A stretch of DNA of 64,000 bases, from NCBI GenBank assembly GCA_032718475.1, contig JAUCBJ010007860.1, positions 1 to 64,000 of the forward strand. The letters are read 5' to 3'. Below are positions 11,901-23,500 of the stretch, one piece after another; position 1 is the stretch's first letter, and every line of letters begins with the position of its first letter. Position numbers and translations under genes: made by a program. Origin of the DNA: Nemertoderma westbladi. Lineage: Eukaryota > Animalia > Xenacoelomorpha. Under the pieces are notes generated by a model that was not told where the DNA came from, searched no databases, and saw only the letters and a list, made by a program, of their open reading frames with translations.

Positions 11901-14630
11901 AATAACAGAATGTAGACACGGATGGAAATATAAGAACAAAATGTAGACACGGGTGGAACTATAGGAACAAAATGTAGATACGGGTGGAACTATAGGAACA
12001 AAATGTAGATACGGGCGGAACTATAGGAACAAAATGTAGATACGGGTGGAACTATAGGAACAAAATGTAGATACGGGTGGAACTATAGGAACAAAATGTA
12101 GATACGGGCGGAACTATAATAACAGAATGTAGACACGGATGGAACTATAAGAACAAAATGTAGACACGGGTGGAACTATAGGAACAAAATGTAGATACGG
12201 GTGGAACTATAGGAACAAAATGTAGATACGGGCGGAACTATAGAAACAAAATGTAGATACGGGTGGAACTATAGGAACAAAATGTAGATACGGGTGGAAC
12301 TATAGGAACAAAATGTAGATATGGGTGGAACTATAGGAACAAAATGTAGATACGGGCGGAACTATAAGAACAAAATGTAGACACGGGTGGAACTATAAGA
12401 ACAAAATGTAGACACGGGTGGAACTAACTATAAGAACAAAATGTAGACACGGTTGGAACTATAAGAACAAAATGTAGCCACGGATGGAACTATAAGAACA
12501 AAATGTAGCCACGGGTGGAACTATAGGAACAAAATGTAGACACGGGTGGAACTATAAGAACAAAATGTAGATACGGGCGGAACTATAAGAACAAAATGTA
12601 GCCACGGGTGGAACTATAGGAACAAAATGTAGATACGGGTGGAACTATAGGAACAAAATGTAGATACGGGTGGAACTATAGGAACAAAATGTAGATACGG
12701 GCGGAACTATAATAACAGAATGTAGACACGGATGGAACTATAAGAACAAAGTGTAGACACGGGTGGAACTATAGGAACAAAATGTAAACACGGATGGAAC
12801 TATAAGAACAAAATGTAGACGCGGATGGAACTATAAGAACAAAATGTAGACACGGGTTGAACTATAGGAACAAAATGTAGATACGGGCGGAACTATAATA
12901 ACAGAATGTAGACACGGATGGAACTATAAGAACAAAATGTAGCCACGGGCGGAACTATAGGAACAAAATGTAGACACGGGTGGAACTATAACAACAAAAT
13001 GTAGCCACGGGTGGAACTATAGGAACAAAATGTAGACACGGGTGGAACTATAGGAACAAAATGTAGATACGGGCGGAACTATAATAACAGAATGTAGCCA
13101 CGGATGGAACTATAAGAACAAAATGTAGACACGGATGGAACTATAAGAACAAAATGTAGACACGGGTGGAACTATAGGAACAAAATGTAGATACGGGCGG
13201 AACTATAATAACAGAATGTAGACACGGATGGAACTATAAGAACAAAATGTAAACACGGATGGAACTATAAGAACAAAATGTAGCCACGGATGGAACTATA
13301 AGAACAAAATGTAGATACGGGTGGAACTATAAGAACAAAATGTAGCCACGGGTGGAACTATAAAAACAAAATGTAGACACGGGTGGAACTATAGGAACAA
13401 AATGTAGATACGGGTGGAACTATAAGAACAAAATGTAGACACGGTTGGAACTATAAGAACAAAATGTAGATACGGGCGGAACTATAATAACAGAATGTAG
13501 ACACGGATGGAACTATAAGAACAAAATGTAGACACGGGTGGAACTATAGGAACAAAATGTAGATACGGGCGGAACTATAATAACAGAATGTAGACACGGA
13601 TGGAACTATAAGAACAAAATGTAAACACGGATGGAACTATAAGAACAAAATGTAGACACGGATGGAACTATAAGAACAAAATGTAGACACGGGTGGAACT
13701 AGAAGACCAACATGTAGATACGGGTGGAACTATAGGAACAAAATGTAGACACGGGTGGAACTATAAGAACAAAATGTAGACACGGGTGGAACTATAGGAA
13801 CAAAATTTAGACACGGGTGGAACTATAGGAACAAAATGTAGACACGGGTGGAACTATAAGAACAAAATGTAGACACGGGTGGAACTATAGGAACAAAATG
13901 TAGACACGGGTGGAACTATAAGAACAAAATGTAGACACGGGTGGAACTATAGGAACAAAATGTAGACACGGGTGGAACTATAGGAACAAAATGTAGACAC
14001 GGGTGGAACTATAGGAACAAAATGTAGACACGGGTGGAACTATAGGAACAAAATGTAGATACGGGCGGAACTATAAGAACAAAATGTAGCCACGGATGGA
14101 ACTATAGGAACAAAATGTAGATACGGGCGGAACTATAATAACAGAATGTAGACACGGATGGAACTATAAGAACAAAATGTAAACACGGATGGAACTATAA
14201 GAACAAAATGTAGACACGGGTGGAACTATAGGAACAAAATGTAGACACGGGTGGAACTATAAGAACAAAATGTAGACACGGGTGGAACTATAAGAACAAA
14301 ATGTAGCCACGGATGGAACTATAAGAACAAAATGTAGACACGGGTGGAACTATAAGAACAAAATGTAGCCACGGGTGGAACTATAGGAACAAAATGTAGA
14401 CACGGGTGGAACTATAAGAACAAAATGTAGCCACGGATGGAACTATAAGAACAAAATGTAGAAACGGTTGGAACTATAAGAACAAAATGTAGCCACGGAT
14501 GGAACTATAAGAACAAAATGTAGACACGGGTGGAACTATAGGAACAAAATGTAGACACGGGTGGAACTATAGGAACAAAATGTAGATACGGGCGGAACTA
14601 TAAGAACAAAATGTAGATACGGGCGGAACT
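9000..14630 (+). repeat. 31-bp tandem satellite, about 180 copies, unit A
   Basis: Consensus GGAACTATA(A/G)GAACAAAATGTAG(A/C)(C/T)ACGG(G/A)(T/C), period 31 bp. The left edge is degenerate; the right edge is sharp and lies about 145 bp upstream of the SAMHD1-like ATG. Confidence 0.97.
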
Positions 14631-14775
14631 CCAACCTTAAATGTATCCCTAATCTCCCACTTAGCTTCCCCAACGCACATTTGTAATAAAACTGAGTAAT
14701 TCTGAAACAATTTGCTCCAAATTATTGATTAATTTTATTCAAAATATAAAATAATATATTAATTTCAAAGAAAAT

Positions 14776-16200
14776 ATGGAATCTCAAGGAGATATTAACC
14801 TTTCTCCCAAAGTCTTTCAGGACAACGTACACGGACTCATCGAGCTCCATCCACTCCTGATCCGCTTCATCGACACGCCACAGTTCCAACGACTTCGGGA
14901 CATCAAGCAGCTCGGTGCTGTCTACTATGTCTTCCCAACAGCCTCACACAACCGATTCGAACATTCTCTCGGAGTCGCGCATCTCGCTAATATCGCACTC
15001 CTACAGTTACGTCAGGCACAGCCTGGACTTTCCATCTCCGACACTGACATACTCTGCGTCCAATTAGCCGGCCTCTGTCACGACCTAGGTCACGGCCCCT
15101 TCAGTCACACCTTCGATGTGGTCGTATCAAAACTTGCCAAAGCGAACTTTCTACCGAAAGAATTTGCAACATGGAGACACGAAGACTTCTCTTTGCTAAT
15201 GTTCGACCATCTCATAGAATCCAATAACTTATCCACTGAATTAGTAAAGTATGGGATAGGAGAAAAGGATCTAATCTTTGTTAAAGATTGTATTGTGGGT
15301 GTCCCCAGTCCTGGTTCAGACCGAATGAATGAAAAGTACTTCCTGTACCAGATAATCTCCAATAAAGCCACTGGAATAGATATGGATCGTTGCGATTACT
15401 TAGCTCGCGACTGCTTTCATTTAGGGATACAGAACAGTTTCGATCATAATCGTTTGATAAAGTTTACTCGAGTAATAAGAAACAGCGCAAAACAGCAGGT
15501 CTTAGCTTATCGTGATAAAGAATGGGACAACGTGAATGAGTTGTACAAAATGCTTGTTAGGCTGCATCGACGATGCTGTCCCTGTCAACATCCTGTTATA
15601 AAGAGCATTGAGTATATGATCACCGATATATTAATGTCCGCTAATCCGTATATAAAGTTACCCTCAGAAGTAGGTCAACCAATGATGACTATTGCACAGA
15701 CTATGGCCAATAAAAATATGACCATCTTTACTCATATAACAGATTCGATTTTGCGGCAAATTGAACTAAGTCAGGATTCTCTTTTGGTAAATTCAAAAAA
15801 TCTAATAAAAGACATTCGAAGTAGAAAATTATATTATTTCGTCGGAAAACATCTGCTAAACCTCGAAGATGTCAATAAAATATCGGATACAAAGAATAAT
15901 GTTAAGCAATATTTGTGTGACGTCACAGGACTAGATGAAAGTTTCTTCCTCGTTGATATGTACAAAGTGGATCTATACCGTAGAATAGATTCACACTTAG
16001 AAAGACTGCTTATGTACAACAAGACAAATGCAAACCTACTACAACCAATGAAATCTCTCAATTTCCTTGAAAAATCGTGGTCTAACATGTTTCCTACTAA
16101 AGATTGTGACACTTATATGAGAGTGTATTTGGTTAAAGACTATAACAAAGGCTATGATGCCAAAAAGGCTTTTGATAATTGGAGTCAACAGCACTCGTAA
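14776..16200 (+). CDS. SAMHD1: SAMHD1-like dNTP triphosphohydrolase, HD domain only (no SAM domain), intronless, copy A
   Basis: 474-aa ORF with HGLIELHPLL..IDTPQFQRLRDIKQLG, HNRFEHSLG, LCHDLGHGPFSH, WRHE, IDMDRCDYLARD and RDKE motifs matching the SAMHD1 HD domain. Confidence 0.93.
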   Translation: MESQGDINLSPKVFQDNVHGLIELHPLLIRFIDTPQFQRLRDIKQLGAVYYVFPTASHNRFEHSLGVAHLANIALLQLRQAQPGLSISDTDILCVQLAGLCHDLGHGPFSHTFDVVVSKLAKANFLPKEFATWRHEDFSLLMFDHLIESNNLSTELVKYGIGEKDLIFVKDCIVGVPSPGSDRMNEKYFLYQIISNKATGIDMDRCDYLARDCFHLGIQNSFDHNRLIKFTRVIRNSAKQQVLAYRDKEWDNVNELYKMLVRLHRRCCPCQHPVIKSIEYMITDILMSANPYIKLPSEVGQPMMTIAQTMANKNMTIFTHITDSILRQIELSQDSLLVNSKNLIKDIRSRKLYYFVGKHLLNLEDVNKISDTKNNVKQYLCDVTGLDESFFLVDMYKVDLYRRIDSHLERLLMYNKTNANLLQPMKSLNFLEKSWSNMFPTKDCDTYMRVYLVKDYNKGYDAKKAFDNWSQQHS

Positions 16201-16576
16201 GACTTGTAAATTTTTTGGTATAATTGTTACATAATTATTTAATAATATTTGATTATTTTATAATAATAATTTTAATTGCAACATTATATATACTTAGTGC
16301 CGTTTCTATGCGGCGAGTTGTTATATATCACAGTATATCTCTAGCAATATATCAAACATTACGGATGATGTAGTTAGCCAAGTACATAATTTAGACTTTA
16401 CAGCCCCAGACGAGTTACTTTGAAACATGACCTACTATAGTAGGTTATGACTAAAACATTAAATTATTTACAGTTGTCACAGCAACCTAATCAAACAAAT
16501 AAAATATTAGCCAACACCATCACTACTAATTTGAGAGATTCCACCAACATTTTACACATAATTTTTAATTACACAA

Positions 16577-18503
16577 TAATTGAAGAGATACGCCTATTCC
16601 TACTATTGGAAGAGACGGTAACAATACCTGCAATATCTTACTGTAAAGTTTGTAAATCAAATCATAAATCCGACCTTCTCACCAAAACAGTAAACTCTAA
16701 GTAAGCGAATATATTGCAGTATTGATCTCTTATAACCGGTGAGGCAGAAAACAGTCTACGAGCAGACAAACTTCGATGAAACAAAATCCCGCGCAGCGAA
16801 TCCTAAAATCAGGCTGACTCACTGACGGACTAAGGGGCTCGTATACTTTGCCGCGGTGTGATTTATATGGTTGGGCAAAGGGACGCTAGCTAGGTACAGG
16901 CAGAGATTTGGAGATGTCTAACTAGCGGGCAAAGCACAGTACGGACAAAGTTAATTTTATATATTTCGAGGTGTAAATAATTTCTAACGCGCGTGTGTTG
17001 ATTCTGAACGGTCAAAACAGTTTTGCTCCTTCACATATATAATTACTGGGTACGGTGTGCATTTTACGAATATTCTAATTTTATAACTTGTAGGTCCAAT
17101 ACTCACGAATGATAAGGTTCCTTCCCCTCTTGCGTATTTCCAGGACTCAAATTCAGGCATAAGGTTAATACTACGCCCAGAATTCGGCAATTTTAGGTAC
17201 CAGGTCCCTGATACTAAGAAGAGATGTGTTAGTTTACTACTGTAGGCGTACAGGTACTAATAGCTATCCTGGCTCCTATCTAGAATTTTAGTCACCCAGG
17301 TAGTCCGGGTAACTTCCTATTAGGGCGTTGGCGGGGACACGGTAGATGTTAGTATATCCCTGATAGCCTCAATTTATTTGCGCCTAGTGTAAACTGCCCT
17401 ACCGCCCGAACGGTACAATCCCAATTCAGGTGAAAACACAGCAACCCCCCTAGCCTACAAGTTCTAATGCAATGGACACTGTTGTACTGCAAATAGTCGC
17501 ACGCGCACCTGTACTTAGCAAGAGTTAAGCGTACAGTTTGCTGCACCCTAACCAATGTGTATGCCTTGTACCGGTGTGCCTACGTCCTATCTGCGTACTA
17601 GTATCTGCCTGCGCTCTCCCTCCCGTAGGAATGTGAAGGTCTACTGTGGGTTTTCCTGAATCAAGACAGTACAGTCCCTATGATGTAATTTTGGGCTTAC
17701 AGCGTGTCACTACGTCTACCTTTTGATCTTTTGGTCTTATACTTAGGTAGCAAGGATCGAACGCTGTCTAACCTTTCAGGCGATGGGCGAATAACTCTAA
17801 ATGGTATTGCGGGTTGTCTCTCGTCTACATTCCCGTGATGTTCCCGTTCATTGCTGCGGCCCGATCTCTAGCCGGCCATCCTGTCCCTGAGTTTGTTCAC
17901 CGTAGTGAATTCATAGTAAAACAGATAGAAAAGCTGAGAGAATATTCTGACTTTATTACAGAAGACACAATTATAATACAATGTAATCTGAGAATAAACT
18001 AAGCACGACAGAGAGATTGATTGAATGATAGATAGAATGTATAAGAAGTTTGTGTAAGTATAATAACTAATGAACGAAATCGCACCTTTATATACTAAAT
18101 TTGTGCCGCAATCAATCGAGAAAATTCTCGATTGTTCTATAGATTCTAACAAGGTTTTAAAGATAGCTATTGGTCCAGCTAATATATAACTTACACGACA
18201 TTGGTTACAATCAAATAACTACAGCCTTATTGGTACAGACAAATGCAATTAATTTGTAGCGGTTAATTTAAATGAGTTGAAATTCTGCACAAAAAATAAT
18301 TCGTACTTACTCGGATTCGAACTCGATACCTACTACACATATAATTTCCAACGCTCTACCAACTGAGCTACTGAACCACTTGACCGATAGATGTACAATA
18401 GATAGAACCAATACTAATGAGAACTCAAAGCAATCTTTACAAAGTTAATTCGAATAAAATAAAATTTTGAAAATCCACGGCATTTAAGGAATATAATTCT
18501 ATA
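16577..18503 (-). repeat. 3' LTR (1927 bp)
   Basis: Direct repeat of 34493-36421. By eye it differs by about 3 substitutions and one 2-bp indel. The preceding purine-rich GGAGCGG in element sense is a weak PPT candidate. Confidence 0.96.
18291..18377 (-). promoter_or_regulatory. tRNA-derived Pol III cassette inside the 3' LTR
   Basis: The minus strand reads GGTTCAG-TAGCTCAGTTGGTAGAGCG (A box/D-arm), then GAGTTCGAATCC (B box), then TTTTTT (terminator). There is no intact anticodon arm or acceptor stem. Confidence 0.65.
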
Positions 18504-20534
18504 CCGCTCCATGAAAACAGGATATTATCGTGCATAAAATATACGGTTTTCACCAATAATCAATCAAACTATAGAATACTTAGGGGCGTACTTACATATT
18601 TACAATTAAATTTCAAACAATACTTCCTTTCTACGTAATGATTCGATACAAAATAATTACAAATTCAAACCTTACGTATTTAAGGCTTTACTAAGTAAGT
18701 ACAATATAAATCTAAATTAAATTCACCAATATAAATCTATTGCATCTCAATATTGCATAAATTTAAACAATTACAAATACAAATAAATGAAAACAATAAG
18801 AAAGGCTCGCGAGTCTTCCATCTACTATTGCATCTCAAATATTGCATAAATTCAAGTAATTACAAATACTTGCGTACCTAAATGTAGATTGCATAAGTTT
18901 GGAATAATTACAAATGAGTCTTTCTGAGCACAAAATTTTCTAACTATAAAACTTTCTAAATACAAAATATAACACTTTACAAATGAAACTATAAGAAAGG
19001 CCCACGAGTCTTCCATCTACTCTTACTTTCTGTTTCACTGTAATACTGCTCATAAAATATAAATTGCATAATATTCGGAACAATATAAATTGCATAAGTT
19101 CGGAATAATATAAATTGCATAAGTTCGGAATAATCACAAATATAAAATATAAGTTTTACTAAATATAAGTTTTACAAAATATAAATTCTTATTTCTAAAT
19201 TTCATAAATTCGGAACAATACAAATTGCATAAGTTCGGAATAAGCACAAATATAAAATATACGCTTGTGTCCTTCTGGGCTCCTCCCCGAGGCGCACCCA
19301 CGAGGCGGACACCTTTCCACCACCCCTGGGGCCAGTCCGACTGCTTGTTATTATCAGACCGGGCCGGAGGGTGGCCTGATGCTTCCCGGGTTCAATTTTC
19401 AATTCCCCGATCACACCAGCACAGCTCGTCGAACATGTAGCCAGATGGGCGGCTACTGTCAACTTACTGTGGCCTGACTGTACATTGAGCCAACTCAAAG
19501 TATAACAAAGAGTCAACCGGCAGGTGGACCAGTCGATAGCGATCGAGCACCAAGGTCGCCCTTGGGCCTAACCGACGGTCTTGTCCCACGTGGGCTTGCG
19601 CTACCCAACATGGAATTTTGACTCGTTTTCACCTGCCTCGCCGGCAGTATTTAAAAAACAATACTGTCTGTAGCTCAAAAGCTACTGAACAAGTAACCAC
19701 TTACCAGTCACTGTACACGTGTACTCAACAGATGTTCACGAAATCAAGTACACAAACGGTAAGCACAAAATCGAACACATACCATGCACACACAGAGACA
19801 TAATCGGAAAGACAAAATCGGGTCAAAATCAGAAGGGACAAATTGTATCGACAAATAAAGAGTCGAGAGTACCTTATTTTACCGACAGGGTAAAATAACT
19901 TTGTGTGCACAAAGTATGCTGGGGCGCAGTAAAATATGGTCCTACTAATACCAGCGGCGTCTTGTCCAACTGGCAAGGGTTCCCATACTTACTCGCAGTG
20001 GCCACACATACAATCACGTGTACTCACGTACCTACAGCAACAGAAAGCTCAAAGACCCAAACAAATCCCAAAGACCAATCAGCTGAACATGGAGACAATA
20101 ACATATAGTATCAAAAAAACGGAACAGCTGATGGCCAAAGGAACCCATCCAAGCCCCAAGCAAACTGCCACTGGTTGCTCACATACAAAACATAGTTCAC
20201 ACCACATGAACCACAAATCACGCCATGCCACCACCCCTACTGTGTACAGGACTGGCAGTACGGCAACATGCCGACTAGACGGTACCACGGCACCATGGCA
20301 ATTCATGGTTCGTTAGACACGAGGGCCTTCAGTGACTCCCTAGCACTATATTAGTGATTTAACGTGCCCCCAGACCCTCACGAGTCCACCGCCGCCTGTT
20401 AAAACCACCCCTATAGAGACCTCACCTCTTTGGGTAGTTTTACTAAATTTTCTAAATATAAAACATATAATTCAAAATAAATCACAAATCATAAGAAAGG
20501 CCCACGAGTCTTCCGTCCACCCTTGCCCTCCCTT

Positions 20535-23500
20535 TTATCGCTTAGTAGATCGAGCCCTGCCGCGTCCTCGAAAACTGCGCACAGGTGACTTTGCTCGCGA
20601 TATGGGACTAATGGGGCGAGTCACTGGTTTACTTGGGACGTTGAGAGACGGTGCGACTATTTCCTCGCAAATTCGTCTATTTGGCATCCCAAAACCTCGA
20701 CCGATTCCTCGTGACCGATCAGTTGTCGCTACAGTTGGTAGAATGTCTGGGAACGCGCGAGAAGTGGACGACGCAGACCCAAGAGTAGCTTGCGCCCCCT
20801 GTTGATCAGCTGGTGTATGTCCCGATCCTCCTACCGGTTCTCTTGGAAGTGATACCGTATCCCGAGTAACTCGAATAGTCGGCTCAACTCCCTTGCGTTC
20901 TTCTACATTAATAATTTTCTTCAATTGTTGGCCCACCTTCTGGACCCGTATGATCCTACCCTGTCCGTCCTCCCGAGGGTGACGTGCAGACGGCGCAACC
21001 GGAGTGGCTGGTATATTTGTCGCCTCTAGGACCTCTTCTTCCTCGAATACGCTCGCTTGTATACGTTTGTGGTAAAACGCAGCTCGGTACGCCCATGCGA
21101 CGGTTAACCAAGCTCCCTTGTTCCGCTTTTCAGTTCGGAAACGATCGAATTCACCATACGTAATCCGATTAACGACTTTCTGAAAATTCCACGTGTTTTT
21201 GTTATCCGGGTGAATTTGTAACAGATACTCGCGCACCACTCGGAATCCGCTGTCGTGGGGCAAAATATCAACAACCTCGATAAGTTCGTCATATTGGGGC
21301 ATAGCGGAGATATATCCTTCCGACATCATCGTCTGGGGATTTACCGCCCAAAATCCGAGATGCGCTCTCATCGGAAACCGTCTTCTTTGTGCCGATACAT
21401 GTTCGTCGGCTAAATCTTCCCACTCATCAAATAACTTCCTCACGAGTTTTACAGATTCGTGTTCATAAGGTATGTCTCTCAGTTGGCATTCAGATGCTCG
21501 ATGTCCCTTTATATTGCAGTAAGTACATTGAGCCATAAATCTCCAGCAAGTATAAAAGGTATGAGACCCTTGATCCCCACACCATCCACAGATTAGCTGA
21601 GTCGTAGTAATGTGCTTTCCACTGCACTTTGCCATATGATGTCCAGCGACGCCACATTTACTACACATCGTATTGGCAGGGTACCACACTCGTTCGTATA
21701 TAAGATCTCCAATCGGTCGAGCGCTTCCTCCCATACTATAATCATAATCATCTGGGTCTATGGGTTGGTAGGTTTCTGAAGGTTGTATACAAACTATAGC
21801 ATCTGTTGCTTCAAGTTGTCGAATCTCCGTCTGAGATTTCTTCGGGAGGTTCCTTTCTATCTCAAGAAGTTCCTCTAAAGGATCGTCGGCGATCGTAGTA
21901 GTTACTTCGAATTCATCACCAAGGTGACCGATAGGCGCGCGCGTCTGCCGTGATTCATCCGTAATTTCCACGATACGTTCTCCTTCATAGGGTAACAATG
22001 TAAACATAGATGGTCTTTCGATAAGAGATCCCGCACAGCGAAGATACACGTCTCGAAATATGCTAAATCCTGCTCGAGTAAAGGCATTACACTGAGCGTC
22101 GGAGTTGTAGAAGGGTTCAAGGAATCGTCTAAACACGTCGGTACGAATTCTCCCTTCCATGTAGAACGTATGATCTTCTCCGAGACAAAGTGGATGTCTT
22201 TTGAGAGTCCGAGACACAATGTCGGCGATTAGGCAAACATTCACTGACGACTCTATCGCTAAATAATATTGTAAGACCGCTCTTGGAGGTGACGTAATAG
22301 CCCAATACACGCATCCTCTCCATTTAAGCTGTGATTCAAACTCACTCATATCTGGAGTATCACCTTCTCCATAAGTTTCAATATACTTGTTTCTTTTACC
22401 TTCCTTATAATCCCAATTGAATAACAGGTAGGAAATGTATCCAGTTCCAGTCTTCTGAGTATTATACTCACGAAAATATCCCTGTTCTATAGACCACAGA
22501 ATAAGAGGTCGAGTGTCGACGTATGGTGTCGGTAGTCGGTCATCGCTGTCCGTCATGCCGGCGAAGTCGCTAATTAAATCCTCCCTTACTCCTGATCCAA
22601 CCTTTACAACAGTTTTATCTAAAATCATGTTTCTTACCATCTTCGGTAACATTCTAGCGTCAATATTACAAGCTTGGTCCATCTTCTTTACTATATCGGT
22701 GATAAGATGGTGTCGCTTTGTATTCGCTGGAGGTATCGGCATTCGTTTGTCGCTCCTCTGTCTACTGAAAACGTGCAGGACTCCGTCCGCCGCTCTAATC
22801 TGTATAGTCTTAGAAGTCAAACTCTGCTGATGACTGCCGCCCTCGTTATCGTAAAACATATAACCGTTTTCCTGAAACGATCTAAACGTCCTAGTCCATT
22901 CATCCAACAATTCTTCCGAAGGTTGCCAAATCTTCTCTATATCCTTATCCTCATCGAAACGAATAACCTTACCTCGCCAATCTGCGGCAATATCTGTATC
23001 CGACTCGAAGGTTCCGGTTCCAATCCATAAACGAATCGTCTTGGTTAGATATCCTTTTAGATTACTCGGAGCTATGTCGGCACCAGCTCTATCCAGTTCC
23101 TTAAAATCTTGGATATGAGGTGGAACGTTGTTCACGACCTTTTGAGTAATATGTCTACGTAAATCATATATCTTACTCATATCGCTGAAAACAACTGCAG
23201 GAAGAAACTCCAAGTTTGAAATGATTTCTGGATGATCCACGATGGGTATTTCGTACGTCGTATCCTGTCGGACTGGTATACTAATAGGGAAATTGAGTGT
23301 CGTACTCAATGGTTTCGTAGCTGAAGTACTATACGGTTGCATTTCTCTTGGCCTCTCCGGGGATGCAATCTGTAGTCTCTGAATAACGTTTTGAGCAAAG
23401 TTTATGCTCTCGAAAACTTCCGGTGTCATCTCCTTAGCTGAAGTTTGATCGTGTGACGTCCAATGGCAAGGTAGGCTCGCGAGTCTTCCACCCCATTCTT

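Noticed and set aside
9000-14630. CRISPR array
   Set aside because: The monomers are contiguous 31-mers with no unique spacers, there are no cas genes, and the context is eukaryotic.
14776-16200. Bacterial dGTPase anti-phage gene or horizontal transfer
   Set aside because: The motifs closely follow animal SAMHD1 (ELHPLL, HNRFEHSLG, RDKE) and the flanks are eukaryotic TEs.
16581-16590. Canonical TG start for the LTR (tgaagag)
   Set aside because: The preceding TAAT is shared by both LTRs and is absent from the empty site, so it belongs to the element.
18291-18377. Functional tRNA gene in the LTR
   Set aside because: The A and B boxes are good, but the anticodon arm, T stem and acceptor stem do not pair.
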